A DNA stretch of 64,000 nt, from contig CAVSLC010000019.1 of assembly GCA_963728565.1 (NCBI GenBank), forward strand, positions 96,001 to 160,000, read 5' to 3'. The stretch comes from an uncultured delta proteobacterium (GTDB taxonomy: Bacteria > Desulfobacterota > Binatia > UBA9968). Both the position numbers and the translations under genes were made by a program. A model generated the notes under the pieces. The model saw only the letters and a list, made by a program, of their open reading frames with translations, was not told the DNA's origin and did not search any database. Below are positions 1-10,621 of this stretch, piece after piece; within the stretch, counting starts at the first letter, position 1; each line of letters opens with the position of its first letter.

Positions 1-1257
1 GCCCATCTACAGCATGGAATTCGTGGCGAAGAAGCGATCGAGGACGCGCGATTTGTTGCTCGACTGGCGGAGCGATTAGGTTTGATCTGTCATCTAAAAG
101 AAATCGATCTGCCGCAGCTGAAAATAGCTTCCCGTAAAACTAGCCTCGAAGAGATCGGCCGATTCGAAAGGTACAAGTTTTTTGGTGAAACAGCTGAACT
201 ACGTCGCCTCGATGCGGTGGCAACGGCCCATACCGCGGACGATCAAGCCGAGACGATTGTCATGCGGCTATTCCGTGGCGCAGGTCGAACCGGCCTCCGC
301 GGCATCGCGCCAATGCGTCAACTAACGGTTGGGGGTGATCGCCGTTGCGCAAATGTGCTGCTGATTCGGCCCTTGCTTAATGCCCTGCGAAGAGAGGTGA
401 TGGATTTTCTTGAGCAGCGGAAACTCCCTTATCGTACGGACAGCAGTAATAGGGATTTGTTCTTTTTGCGCAACTGGATCCGTCTAAAGCTCATGCCGCA
501 AGTGAGCGAGAGATTCGGCGCTAAACTGCCGGCACGACTTTGCGCTCAAGCACAGGTGCTGGGCGACGAGGAGAACTACCTTGCGGAGCTGACCCGGCAG
601 CAGCTGGAGAACGTGAGCGACGGACACAAATTAAGCCGTAAGCTCTTTCTCAACCTCAACAAGGCTCTTCAGAGGCGAGTGATACGGCTTTGGTTAGAAC
701 AGAGACGCGGTCACTTGCGGGCCATCGACTTCGATCATGTAGAATCAGCGCTGTCGTTGATCGCTGCTGGGGCGCCTCAGGGCCGTCTGGCTCTTCCCGG
801 CGGTTGGCAATTGGCACGCGAATACGAAACGATCAGCTTTGATCGTCCAAATGTCAAACCGAGATGTTATAGCTATCAGTTTAAACCTGGATCGACTCTA
901 ACGGTGATAGAGGCCGGCATCACGATTGTCAGCGAATTGATTGATCCCGGGGCGGGAAAATTGCCGGATAATTTGATGGAAGCAGTGTTCGACGCCGATC
1001 TCTTGAAGGGCAACCTGCTAGTGCGAAATTTCCGCAATGGTGATCGATTTCAGCCCTTGGGAATGAGCGGACATAAGAAGGTCAAAGACTTATTCATTGC
1101 CAATCAATTGCCGTTGCGTACACGAGCGGCCTTAGCTTTGCTCGTCATGGATGGCGAAATCCTGTGGATACCCGGATACGGCCGGAGTGATTCCGCCAGG
1201 ATTGGATCGGCGACCAAGATTTCTCTGCATTTGAAGGTAATTCCTCAACCTAGGTAG
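1..1257 (+). CDS. tilS: tRNA(Ile)-lysidine synthetase (5' truncated by window edge)
   Basis: Frame open from base 1 (AHLQHGIRG). Motifs ATAHTADDQAET, LIRPLL, DSSN..RNWIR; C-terminal RNFRNGDRF..KKVKDLF domain; directly upstream of ftsH. Confidence 0.95.
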   Translation, partial: AHLQHGIRGEEAIEDARFVARLAERLGLICHLKEIDLPQLKIASRKTSLEEIGRFERYKFFGETAELRRLDAVATAHTADDQAETIVMRLFRGAGRTGLRGIAPMRQLTVGGDRRCANVLLIRPLLNALRREVMDFLEQRKLPYRTDSSNRDLFFLRNWIRLKLMPQVSERFGAKLPARLCAQAQVLGDEENYLAELTRQQLENVSDGHKLSRKLFLNLNKALQRRVIRLWLEQRRGHLRAIDFDHVESALSLIAAGAPQGRLALPGGWQLAREYETISFDRPNVKPRCYSYQFKPGSTLTVIEAGITIVSELIDPGAGKLPDNLMEAVFDADLLKGNLLVRNFRNGDRFQPLGMSGHKKVKDLFIANQLPLRTRAALALLVMDGEILWIPGYGRSDSARIGSATKISLHLKVIPQPR

Positions 1258-1328
1258 GAAAACTCTATATTGATCTAACTGGTTGCGTGTGTTAGTCTTT
1301 TCTGGTTCTTGAAATCGGAGGATTCGGG

Positions 1329-3167
1329 TTGAGTCAATCATCAAAACATATCGCTCTCTGGTTGGTCCTGCTGCTGGTTCTTCTCGGCATCTTCAGCGTT
1401 TTTAGTAAGCAGGCCGGCCGCGATCCTGAAGTTGTTTTTAGTGAATTTCTGTTGGCTGTGGAACGTGGAGAGGTTCAAGAAGTCGTTATTCAGGGTCACA
1501 ATATTCAAGGCAAATACAAAAATGGCGAGCGTTTCCGCACTTTCGCCCCTGATGACCCTGAGTTGGTTAAGAGTCTGCGTGATAAGAAAGTTAAGATTGC
1601 CGCCAAGCCGGAGGATGATTCGCCTTGGTACTACGTGCTGCTGATCAACTGGTTTCCAATGCTACTGCTGATCGGCGTCTGGGTCTTCTTTATGCGCCAG
1701 ATGCAAGTCGGCGGCGGCAAGGCGATGTCGTTTGGCAAAAGCCGGGCGAAACTGCTTACGGAGAATCAACACCGAGTTACGTTTTCTGATGTAGCCGGCG
1801 CGGAAGAAGCTAAGGACGATCTCCAGGAAATCATCGCGTTTTTAAAAGATCCGAAAAAGTTTACCAGGTTGGGCGGTCGCATTCCTAAAGGTTGCTTGCT
1901 TGTGGGTCCTCCGGGAACGGGGAAGACTCTGCTGGCGCGCGCAATCGCAGGCGAGGCGGGGGTGCCATTTTTTAGCATCAGTGGTTCGGATTTCGTTGAG
2001 ATGTTCGTCGGCGTGGGCGCGTCACGAGTACGTGATCTTTTTGTACAAGGTAAGAAAAACGCGCCTTGTATTATCTTCATCGATGAAATTGATGCGGTGG
2101 GACGGCATCGCGGTGCCGGTCTCGGCGGCGGCCATGATGAGCGGGAGCAAACCCTCAATCAGTTGTTAGTAGAGATGGACGGCTTTGAAGCCAATGAAGG
2201 TGTCATCTTGATTGCCGCGACCAACCGGCCCGATGTTTTGGACCCGGCGCTGTTGCGACCAGGGCGTTTCGACCGTCGGGTGGTGGTGCCCCGGCCGGAT
2301 GTAAAAGGCCGCGAGGGAATCTTGCAGGTGCATACCCGCAAGGTTCCAGTCGCCTCGGATGTCGACATCGCGGTGCTGGCGCGAGCGACGCCGGGCTTTG
2401 CCGGCGCGGACCTCGAGAACTTGGTCAATGAAGCCGCTCTGCTAGCGGCGCGCAACAACAAAGACAAAGTCGATATGCGCGACTTTGAGCTGGCTAAAGA
2501 CAAAGTAATGATGGGCGCCGAGCGGCGCAGCATGATTATCAGCGACGAAGAAAAGCGCATTACCGCATTTCACGAAGCAGGGCACGCGCTTGTGGCCAAG
2601 CTGCTTCCCGGCGCGGATCCGATTCACAAAGTCACCATCATCCCCCGCGGCATGGCCTTGGGTTTGACCCAGCAACTGCCGATGGATGAGAAGCACACGT
2701 ACCCGAAAGAGTATCTGCTCAATAATCTTGTGATTCTCTTTGGCGGTCGGGTCGCTGAGGAACTGGTCCTCAATCATATGACAACCGGCGCTGGAAACGA
2801 CATCGAAAAGGCCACTGAACTCGCGCACCGGATGGTCTGTGAATGGGGTATGAGCGAAAAACTCGGTCCGATGACTTTCGGTAAGAAGGAAGAAGAAATC
2901 TTTTTAGGGCGGGATTTCACTCAGACGGCTGACTACTCTGAAAGCACAGCCATTGAGATCGATGGTGAGGTTCGACGCATTATCCAGGAGAGTTATCACA
3001 AGGCCAAAGATCTTCTTAAAACGAATCTGGCGCTGCTTCACAAAGTCGCCGAATCGCTTCTTGAACGAGAAGTTTTGGACGGCTCGGAAATCGACGCCAT
3101 CGTTAGAGACTTTAGTGGCAACGGCGGCGACCCGCTGAACCCGACACGGGCGGCAGCCGTTGCTTGA
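1329..3167 (+). CDS. ftsH: ATP-dependent zinc metalloprotease FtsH
   Basis: Two N-terminal TM segments, Walker [18 protein letters not shown], second region of homology, zinc motif HEAGH; GGAGG RBS before TTG start. Confidence 0.98.
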   Translation: MSQSSKHIALWLVLLLVLLGIFSVFSKQAGRDPEVVFSEFLLAVERGEVQEVVIQGHNIQGKYKNGERFRTFAPDDPELVKSLRDKKVKIAAKPEDDSPWYYVLLINWFPMLLLIGVWVFFMRQMQVGGGKAMSFGKSRAKLLTENQHRVTFSDVAGAEEAKDDLQEIIAFLKDPKKFTRLGGRIPKGCLLVGPPGTGKTLLARAIAGEAGVPFFSISGSDFVEMFVGVGASRVRDLFVQGKKNAPCIIFIDEIDAVGRHRGAGLGGGHDEREQTLNQLLVEMDGFEANEGVILIAATNRPDVLDPALLRPGRFDRRVVVPRPDVKGREGILQVHTRKVPVASDVDIAVLARATPGFAGADLENLVNEAALLAARNNKDKVDMRDFELAKDKVMMGAERRSMIISDEEKRITAFHEAGHALVAKLLPGADPIHKVTIIPRGMALGLTQQLPMDEKHTYPKEYLLNNLVILFGGRVAEELVLNHMTTGAGNDIEKATELAHRMVCEWGMSEKLGPMTFGKKEEEIFLGRDFTQTADYSESTAIEIDGEVRRIIQESYHKAKDLLKTNLALLHKVAESLLEREVLDGSEIDAIVRDFSGNGGDPLNPTRAAAVA

Positions 3168-3208
3168 TTCGGGTTAAATACTCTACTCTCAGTCTTATCT
3201 TTGACATC

Positions 3209-3250
3209 GCAGGATCGTTTTGTGACGGCGCGAAACGATCCTGCTTCTTT
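3209..3250 (+). terminator. Probable intrinsic terminator after ftsH
   Basis: Stem GCAGGATCGTTT / AAACGATCCTGC followed by TTCTTT. Confidence 0.75.
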
Positions 3251-3571
3251 GGACCTGTGGTCAGGTTAAGTTGCGGACAATGCCATGGCAATTCAGACTC
3301 GCAATAGCCGAGTCCTCTGCCGCTTCAGCCAGGCGCAGTGAGGGCAGGAAACGACTACCCATTGTCATAGCTGCCTGGTGCAGGGCTCACCGCGTAGATT
3401 ACAGCGGCAGCGGATTGTAGACCCGAGACAAACCAAAGGCCGGTTCTGTTTGAACGGCAAACTTATTTGCTCTGTCATTTCGGACTGGGCAATGCACGCT
3501 CGGCAGAGCGCCGCGTCGTAGACTGTTCTGATGTGAATTCCACCATAGATCCTATCGATAGTTCCCATCAT

Positions 3572-4456
3572 GTGCCGAGGCGAGTTCTAGCTACTCGGCA
3601 TGGCCGCATAGATATTACGTCTCATACGGTTGTCATGGGTATCGTCAATGTAACACCGGACTCCTTCTATGACGGCGGCAAACGATTCGACAGTGCAAGA
3701 GCAGTTGCTGATGGAATGGAGATGATCGAAACGGGTGCCGAAATCCTCGATATTGGCGGCGAGTCAACCAGGCCAGGGGCGCAACCAGTATCCCTCGACG
3801 AGGAATTAAGGCGCGTGCTTCCGGTGATTCGAGAGCTGCGTAAAGGATCCAGCGTGCCGATTTCCGTCGATACCTACAAAGAAGCTGTCGCCCGCGCCGC
3901 TTTGGACGTGGGTGCCGACATCGTCAATGATATCAGCGCGCTGCGATTTGATCCGGCGATGGCCGCGCTGGTTGCCCGTGAAGGCGTGCCGATCATTCTC
4001 ATGCACATGCAGGGAGAGCCTCGAACCATGCAACGGGAGCCGCACTACGGTGATGTCGTCCGGGAAGTGCGAGAATTTCTGGCGGAGCGCGTTCGTAGCG
4101 CTAACCAGGCGGGAATTGGTCAGGAACAGATTATTATCGATCCGGGCATCGGCTTCGGTAAGACCTTGGCGCACAATCTCACGCTGCTCAAGGATTTACA
4201 GTCATTGAAATCGGTTGGGCAGCCACTGTTGATCGGCGTCTCACGAAAAGCATTTATCGGGAAGATTTTAAATGCGGCGGGTGCAGAGGAGCGGCTTGAA
4301 GGGAGTCTGGCCGCGGCAGTAGCGGCGGCATTGACCGGCGCCAACATTTTGCGCGTCCACGATGTGAGCGAAACCGTTCGCGCTGTCCGCGTCGCCGACG
4401 CGATCCGGCTTGGGCGTTTGCGTGATCAGGTGGGCGATAACGAAACTGCTGGGTAA
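3572..4456 (+). CDS. folP: Dihydropteroate synthase (start uncertain, 3467-3635)
   Basis: MGIVNVTPDSFYDGG, DIGGESTRPG, IIDPGIGFGK, SRKAFIG, RVHDV. Confidence 0.97.
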   Translation: MPRRVLATRHGRIDITSHTVVMGIVNVTPDSFYDGGKRFDSARAVADGMEMIETGAEILDIGGESTRPGAQPVSLDEELRRVLPVIRELRKGSSVPISVDTYKEAVARAALDVGADIVNDISALRFDPAMAALVAREGVPIILMHMQGEPRTMQREPHYGDVVREVREFLAERVRSANQAGIGQEQIIIDPGIGFGKTLAHNLTLLKDLQSLKSVGQPLLIGVSRKAFIGKILNAAGAEERLEGSLAAAVAAALTGANILRVHDVSETVRAVRVADAIRLGRLRDQVGDNETAG

Positions 4457-4477
4457 TTACTTGATTTCGGGTGGGCG

Positions 4478-5233
4478 ATGACGGAAGTTTTGGGTCAACT
4501 GCGTTGGCAGGACGGCTTAGACATCAGCATTATCTGGTATCTGATTTACCGCTTGTTGCAGATGCTTCGCGGCAGTCGCGCGATGCAGATGATGATCGGC
4601 CTAGCCGTCATTTTAATGGCCTACGTCCTATCCCGCGTTCTCGGTTTGTTCACGCTCAACTGGATTTTAGATAATTTCTTAGCGTCGATCATTCTCGTTA
4701 TAATCGTTATCTTTCAGAGCGATATTCGTCGCGCCTTGACCCAGGTGGGAACCGCGCCACTTTTCGGCGCCGAGAGGATGGTGCAGCGGCGCGAGGACAT
4801 CATTGAAGAAGTTACCGAGGCCATTCGCAATCTTGCTTCCAGGCGAGTCGGAGCCCTGATCGTGCTGGAGCGCGAAGTCGGTTTGAACGAATACATCGAA
4901 ATCGGCACCCGGTTGGATGCTCGAGTCAGCCGCGAGCTTATTGAAAGCGTCTTTCTACCAGGATCGCCAATTCATGATGGCGCGCTGGTGATTCAGAAAC
5001 GACGCGTAACCGCAGTCCGCTGTCTCCTGCCATTGAGCGCAACCCCTAATCTTCGCCCGACCCTGGGTACTCGCCATCGCGCCGCGATCGGAGTGACGGA
5101 AGAAACCGATGCCGTAGCAATTGTGGTTTCCGAACAAGAGGGTACGATCGCGCTGGTCGTTGGCGGCAATCTCACCGAGAGGCTCGAGGCATCGCGGCTG
5201 CGCAACGCACTCGAGGGTCTCGTGAAGCTATGA
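4478..5233 (+). CDS. cdaA: Diadenylate cyclase CdaA (c-di-AMP synthase)
   Basis: Three N-terminal TM helices plus DAC motifs HDGA and GTRHRAA. Confidence 0.95.
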   Translation: MTEVLGQLRWQDGLDISIIWYLIYRLLQMLRGSRAMQMMIGLAVILMAYVLSRVLGLFTLNWILDNFLASIILVIIVIFQSDIRRALTQVGTAPLFGAERMVQRREDIIEEVTEAIRNLASRRVGALIVLEREVGLNEYIEIGTRLDARVSRELIESVFLPGSPIHDGALVIQKRRVTAVRCLLPLSATPNLRPTLGTRHRAAIGVTEETDAVAIVVSEQEGTIALVVGGNLTERLEASRLRNALEGLVKL

Positions 5234-6159
5234 CGGAGATCTGGCGGCAAATCGGTTCAACGGCATCGAGCAATGTCGGCCTGGCGGTGCTCTCGTTCAT
5301 CATAGCCTTAGGGCTATGGATTGCCGGCCATCGGGATATCGAGCGAGCCATTGAGGTTCCCGTTGAGTTTCGTAATATCCCATCCGATTTAATGGTGCTC
5401 GATAACCGTGTCGATTACGTCGTTTTACGACTCAGTGGTCCCCGAACCTTAGTCTCCACTCTCGATGCCGACGATTTGAAGTTGCCGGTGGACCTTTACG
5501 GAAGCAAATCGGGCTCGTTGAGCTTTCCCTTGGGACCGAGCTCGTTTAACATTCCGCGCGGAGTGACCGTTGCGCGCATCACGCCGCCGATCCTTCACTT
5601 GCGACTCGACCCGGTGATTAAACGGGAACTGCCCGTGAGCCTAAGGCTTTCTGGCAAGCCTTTGGCCGGCTACAAAATCGAGGAAACGGCGGTGCAGCCC
5701 GAGTCGATTTCAGTGCGGGGCCCGGCTGACGAAATTCGGCGCATGAGTTTAGTCGAGACATTGCCGATCGACGTCGAAGGAAGCCGCAGTTCAATCAAGC
5801 GCACCGTTCGGCTTTCAACCGATGGAAAGCCATTGTCATTTATGCCTGAGCAAGTATCGGTCACGATCACGATTCTAGAAGAGGATTCGATCAAAGACTT
5901 CAAAAACGTCGAGATTGGCGCGCGCGGAGCTAGCGGCGACTTCGTGATAACACCGAAATTTGCTCAGGTGCGGCTATTCGGGCCGCGCAGAATTCTCGAT
6001 AAACTGGAGCTTGGCGCAGATCAGGTGTATGTGGATCTTGATGGCTTGCCGCCGGGCGAGCATTCTGTGGATCTGAAGTTCAATCTCCCGGCTGAAATTA
6101 AAGTGGCGGAGCAAAAGCCGGCGCACTTTAAAGTTAGAATCAGTAAATCTCATTCATAG
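5230..6159 (+). CDS. cdaR: CdaR/YbbR-family regulator of diadenylate cyclase
   Basis: N-terminal membrane anchor and repeated YbbR-like segments (V.L.GP...); ATGA overlap with cdaA; lies between cdaA and glmM. Confidence 0.85.
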   Translation: MTEIWRQIGSTASSNVGLAVLSFIIALGLWIAGHRDIERAIEVPVEFRNIPSDLMVLDNRVDYVVLRLSGPRTLVSTLDADDLKLPVDLYGSKSGSLSFPLGPSSFNIPRGVTVARITPPILHLRLDPVIKRELPVSLRLSGKPLAGYKIEETAVQPESISVRGPADEIRRMSLVETLPIDVEGSRSSIKRTVRLSTDGKPLSFMPEQVSVTITILEEDSIKDFKNVEIGARGASGDFVITPKFAQVRLFGPRRILDKLELGADQVYVDLDGLPPGEHSVDLKFNLPAEIKVAEQKPAHFKVRISKSHS

Positions 6160-6178
6160 GGCGGTTAGGAGTGACATC

Positions 6179-7632
6179 ATGGCTCAAGTCTCAAAAACAA
6201 AAGCGACGCCTGTTCGGCACTGATGGTGTCCGTGGTATTGCCAATCAGGAGCCCATGACATCGGAGATGGCTTTGAAAGCTAGGGCGAGCCATTGCCAAG
6301 GTATTGCATGATCCCATCGCTCAGCCTAGTCAGGGATCGGGCCGGTCGAAATCGCCATCATTGGTGAAAACTCTCGGCGGCGATACCGCGCATCGCTACA
6401 AGATTCTTATCGGCAAAGATACTCGCCTATCCGGTTATATGCTGGAAACCGCGCTGGCTTCCGGGATTTGCTCAATGGGGGCGGACGTTCAACTGGTCGG
6501 TCCGTTACCTACACCCGCGGTGGCGTTTCTTACCCGCACCATGCGCGCCGATGCGGGAGTAGTGATCTCGGCCTCTCATAACCCCTATCAAGATAACGGA
6601 ATAAAGTTTTTTTCCTTCGACGGTTTCAAGCTGCCCGACGAAGTCGAAGCGCGCATGGAAGAGATGATTTTCAGTGGAGAAGCCGATCGCGAGCGGCCCA
6701 CCGCGTCACAAATCGGCAAGGCGTTTCGCATTTCCGACGCGGTAGGGCGTTACAATGTCTTCGTCAAGAATAGTTTTCCGCGTCATTTGACCCTGGAGGG
6801 CCTGCGCATCGTGGTGGATTGCGGTCACGGCGCGGCCTATCGAGTGGTTCCCGAAATGTTATCGGAACTGGGCGCTCAGGTGATTCCCATAGGGGTGCAT
6901 CCCGACGGCGAGAATATCAATCATCACTGCGGCGCTCTCTACCCTGAAACCGCGCGCGACGTGTTGCTCCACGAGAAAGCCGATTTTGCCGTTTCTCTGG
7001 ATGGCGATGCCGACCGCGCTATCTTTATCGACGAATCGGGTGAGGTTCTCGATGGCGATCAAGTCTTGGCCATTTGCGCCAAAGACATGCAGGAAAAGGG
7101 CACCCTCAAAGGACACACGGTCGTGGCCACGGTGATGAGCAATCTCGGGCTCGATCTTGCCCTTAAATCGATCGGGGTGAATCTCGAGCGAACCGAGGTG
7201 GGCGATCGCTACGTGGTCGAGCGCATGCTCGAACGTGGCTACAATCTCGGCGGCGAACAGTCCGGGCACATTCTGTTTTTGGACCACAATACCACCGGGG
7301 ATGGTGCCATTACCTGCTTGCAGGTGCTCGCGCTCATGGTCGAAAAAGGTAAACGCCTGGGCGAGTTGAAGCGTATTTTTACGCGCATGCCGCAAATTTT
7401 GTTAAACGTTCGGGTGACGGAAAGAAAAGAATTTCAGGCGATGCCAAAGGTGAGTCGGGCGATTGCCTCTGTGGAGCAATCACTGAACGGCCGCGGCCGC
7501 ACGCTGGTGCGCTATTCCGGCACGGAGATGCTGGCCCGGATTATGTTGGAAGGGGAAGACGAAGATAAGATTTGCGCCATGGCGCAGGAGATCGCCGATG
7601 AAATCCGTACGGAAATAGGAGTGAAGGAGTGA
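6179..7632 (+). CDS. glmM: Phosphoglucosamine mutase (frameshifted near 5' end, probably sequencing error)
   Basis: [10 protein letters not shown] lies in an alternate frame at ~6205. [28 protein letters not shown] and RYSGTE are in ORF 6304-7632. Confidence 0.95.
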
Positions 7633-8352
7633 TTCGTTTAGGGAGTCAATGTCGACCATGTTGCGACCGTGCGCCAAGCACGGCGGGTGGACGTACCGGA
7701 TCCGGTTGAGGCCGCTTTACTGGCCGAAGCGGCCGGTGCCGACGGCATTACCGTGCACCTTCGCGAGGACCGCCGCCATATTCAAGAGCGGGATGTGCGG
7801 ATCCTGCGCCAGCGCCTGCACACCAAACTCAATCTGGAGATGGCCGTAACGCCGGCGATGCTCGCCTTTGCCGAAAATGTCCGTCCCGATGACGCTTGCT
7901 TCGTGCCGGAGAAGCGGGAAGAGCTCACCACTGAAGGCGGCTTGGATGTCGTTTCTCATCGACAAAAGATTCGCGAGGGGACGCAGCGATTGCAGAGCCT
8001 CGCTGTGCGCGTAAGTTTATTTGTCGACCCGGAAACGGCGCAGATCGAAGCCAGCCGCGACGTTGGCGCGCATGCGGTTGAAATTCATACCGGCGCCTAT
8101 TGCAACGCTCTAAGCGTCGAGCGCGAGAAGCAACTGCAGGCAATTCTCGAAGCTTCTAAGCTTGCGCAGAGTCTCGGACTCGAGGTTCACGGCGGCCACG
8201 GCCTCAATTACGACAATGTTCTGGCCATCGCGCAGATCCCCGAGATGGCCGAGCTCAATATCGGCCACAGTATCATTGCTCGAGCGATTATCGTCGGCAT
8301 CGAGCAAGCGGTCCGCGAGATGAAGGATCTGCTTAGCAAGGCTAAAGAATAA
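7629..8352 (+). CDS. pdxJ: Pyridoxine 5'-phosphate synthase (1-nt frameshift near start)
   Basis: GTG-IRLG / [43 protein letters not shown]. Confidence 0.95.
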
Positions 8353-8355
8353 ACA

Positions 8356-8448
8356 GGTTCAAACCGTTCAAGCGGTTCAAGCCGTTCAAATCGTTTAGAT
8401 CCGGCGGCTTTAACGCTTTGAGCATTTTGAACGGCTTAAACGATCTAA
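8356..8448. repeat. Inverted array of ~9-bp tandem units (GTTCAAxCx / TTGAACGxx)
   Basis: Forward units GGTTCAAAC CGTTCAAGC GGTTCAAGC CGTTCAAAT CGTTTAGAT, short spacer, then inverse units TTTAACGCT TTGAGCATT TTGAACGGC TTAAACGAT. Confidence 0.8.
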
Positions 8449-8450
8449 TT

Positions 8451-10007
8451 ATGATTGTCGTTACCTCCGAGCAGATGCGCGAGATGGATCGATTAACGAT
8501 CCAGAAGTATGGCACTCCGAGTCTTACGCTGATGGAGCGCGCCGGCGCGGGAGTTGTGAAGGCCATTCTTGAGCGTTTCGTCGAACCGGCGAGCAAAGGT
8601 GTCTTGGTCGTTGCCGGCAAAGGTAACAATGGCGGCGACGGTTTTGTGGTGGGCCGCTTGCTCAGAGAGCAAGGGGTATCCTGTGCAATCGCCCTGTTGG
8701 CCAAGCCCAACGAGATTTCCAGTGACGCAGCGCACAACCTAAAGGGGTATTTGACAGCCGGAGGCAAGGTGAGTCGGCATCAATGCCGATCATCTGGGAT
8801 TGCTCACCGAATCAATCGCCGGCAAAGGATTGCTGGTCGATGCGATTCTGGGTACCGGCACAAAGAATGAGATCCGCGGAATTTACGCTGACGTTATCCG
8901 CGCAATGAACGGATCCGGATTGCCGATTGTCGCCGTTGATATACCTTCCGGGCTGGATGCTGACAAAGGAACACCGCTGGGGGTGGTGCATTCAAGCTGC
9001 CATGACCGTTTCGCTGGGTTATCCCAAGCTCGGGCAAGTGATCTATCCGGCCGTGCGATATGTCGGCGAGCTTGTAGTTGCCGACATCGGCATCGAGCCA
9101 GCCGCGGTAGCCGAGGTGGCGCCCGCTGCAGAACTTCTGACCCCTGAAGAAATACGTCCGTTAATTCCGGTCCGTAAACCGGATTCGCACAAGGGAACGT
9201 ATGGACACGTCGTGGTGATCGCCGGTTCCCGGGGAAAAACAGGCGCGGCCATTCTCGCCAGCCGCGCATGCATGCGCGCCGGCGCGGGATTGACTAGTTT
9301 GGCAGCGCCGCGATCGCTTAACAATGTTTTTGCCGGCGCCATGATCGAGGTGATGACCGAACCGTTGCGAGACACTGCCGATGAGGAGATCGAATCTCTG
9401 ACTGACGATGAGTGGCGACGGCTGTTGGAACGAAAGACGGTGGCGTTATTTGGTCCCGGCATCGGCGTCACCGATTCTACGCGAAACAACCTGCGTTGGT
9501 TATTGCGCCATTTGAGTATTCCCTGGGTGATCGACGCCGACGGATTGAATAATCTCGCCCTCGATATCGATCGGCTGCGCAAGGCAAGGACTGCGCCGAT
9601 CTTGACGCCTCATCCAGGTGAGATGGCGCGGCTCCTCGGCAAAAACGCACGGGAGCGTGAACAAGGACCGCATCGGCGTAGCGCGTGCATTTGCGATCGA
9701 ACATCGCTGCTATGTAGTACTTAAGGGCGCGCGCACAGTTCTCGCCACACCTGCCGGCAAAATTTCCATCAATCCGACTGGCAATCCGGGAATGGCCAGC
9801 GGTGGCATGGGGGACGTTCTCGCGGGCATCTTGGCAGCGCTCCTCGCCCAGGGGCTCGCTCCTGAAGAGGCGATGAAGTTGGCGGTTTATCTGCATGGCT
9901 TTATCGCGGACCGAATCGCTGCGAAGCGAGGGATGCTCGGCATGATTGCTTCCGATATCATCGACGGATTACCCGCTGGCCTTCGCAGCCTATCGGCTGC
10001 CGTTTAG
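8451..10007 (+). CDS. nnr: Bifunctional NAD(P)HX epimerase/dehydratase (split by ~3 frameshifts)
   Basis: LMERAG, GKGNNGGDG, VDAILGTG, VAVDIPSG, SHKGTYG, VIDADGL, TPHPGEM and GMASGGMGDVLAG across consecutive frames. Confidence 0.93.
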
Positions 10008-10054
10008 ACTCGAAATTTCCTGCAAAATATACTAGTTGTGTTTATGGAGCGGCG

Positions 10055-10537
10055 TTGCTGATGCATTGGGCGGTTATTTCGCGCTCCGCCGAGCATACCC
10101 GACGCTTGGGCAATAGCTTAGGAAAGCTGTTGCAAGGCGGTGAAATTATTGGTCTTGTCGGGGAACTGGGAACGGGCAAGACGTGCTTTGTGAGAGGCTT
10201 GACGGAGGGGTTGGGGGTCAGCCAAGAGACGTGGATTCGCAGCCCCACGTTTACACTCGTCAATGAGTATCATGGTCGCTTACCCATTTATCACATCGAT
10301 CTTTACCGAATCGAAAGCACGGCCGAGCTCGAAGAATTAAATCTCCGAGAGTATCTCTACTCGAACGGCGTCAGCCTGATCGAGTGGTTCGAGTATTTTC
10401 CTGCCGACGAGGTCGACGATCATCTCGAAATTAAGCTGGCGTATCGCGAGGGCAGCAAACGTCAGGTGACGTTTATACCTCGCGGCGCGCGCTATGAGGA
10501 ATTGGTCAACGCACTGCGGCAAACAGGTAAGTCTTAA
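10055..10537 (+). CDS. tsaE: tRNA threonylcarbamoyladenosine biosynthesis ATPase
   Basis: GELGTGKT, SPTFTLVNEY, HIDLYR, LIEW. Confidence 0.96.
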   Translation: MLMHWAVISRSAEHTRRLGNSLGKLLQGGEIIGLVGELGTGKTCFVRGLTEGLGVSQETWIRSPTFTLVNEYHGRLPIYHIDLYRIESTAELEELNLREYLYSNGVSLIEWFEYFPADEVDDHLEIKLAYREGSKRQVTFIPRGARYEELVNALRQTGKS

Positions 10538-10621
10538 CGAAAGATTAAGGTTTAGCCGTTAACTAATCGGATTACTGCTCGTGAGAACTAAGCCTTTGAA
10601 AGGCTTGGCGGCGTATTGAGT

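Noticed and set aside
4478-7632. c-di-AMP module (cdaA-cdaR-glmM) in a diderm as a novelty
   Set aside because: This arrangement after ftsH-folP is already known in deltaproteobacteria-like lineages.
8356-8448. CRISPR array
   Set aside because: Units are 9 bp with no unique spacers, and there are no cas genes in the window.
10586-10608. Hairpin AAGCCTTT-G-AAAGGCTT before lysC as a lysine riboswitch
   Set aside because: The intergenic region is only ~80 nt, far too short for a lysine riboswitch; at most this is a simple hairpin or operator.
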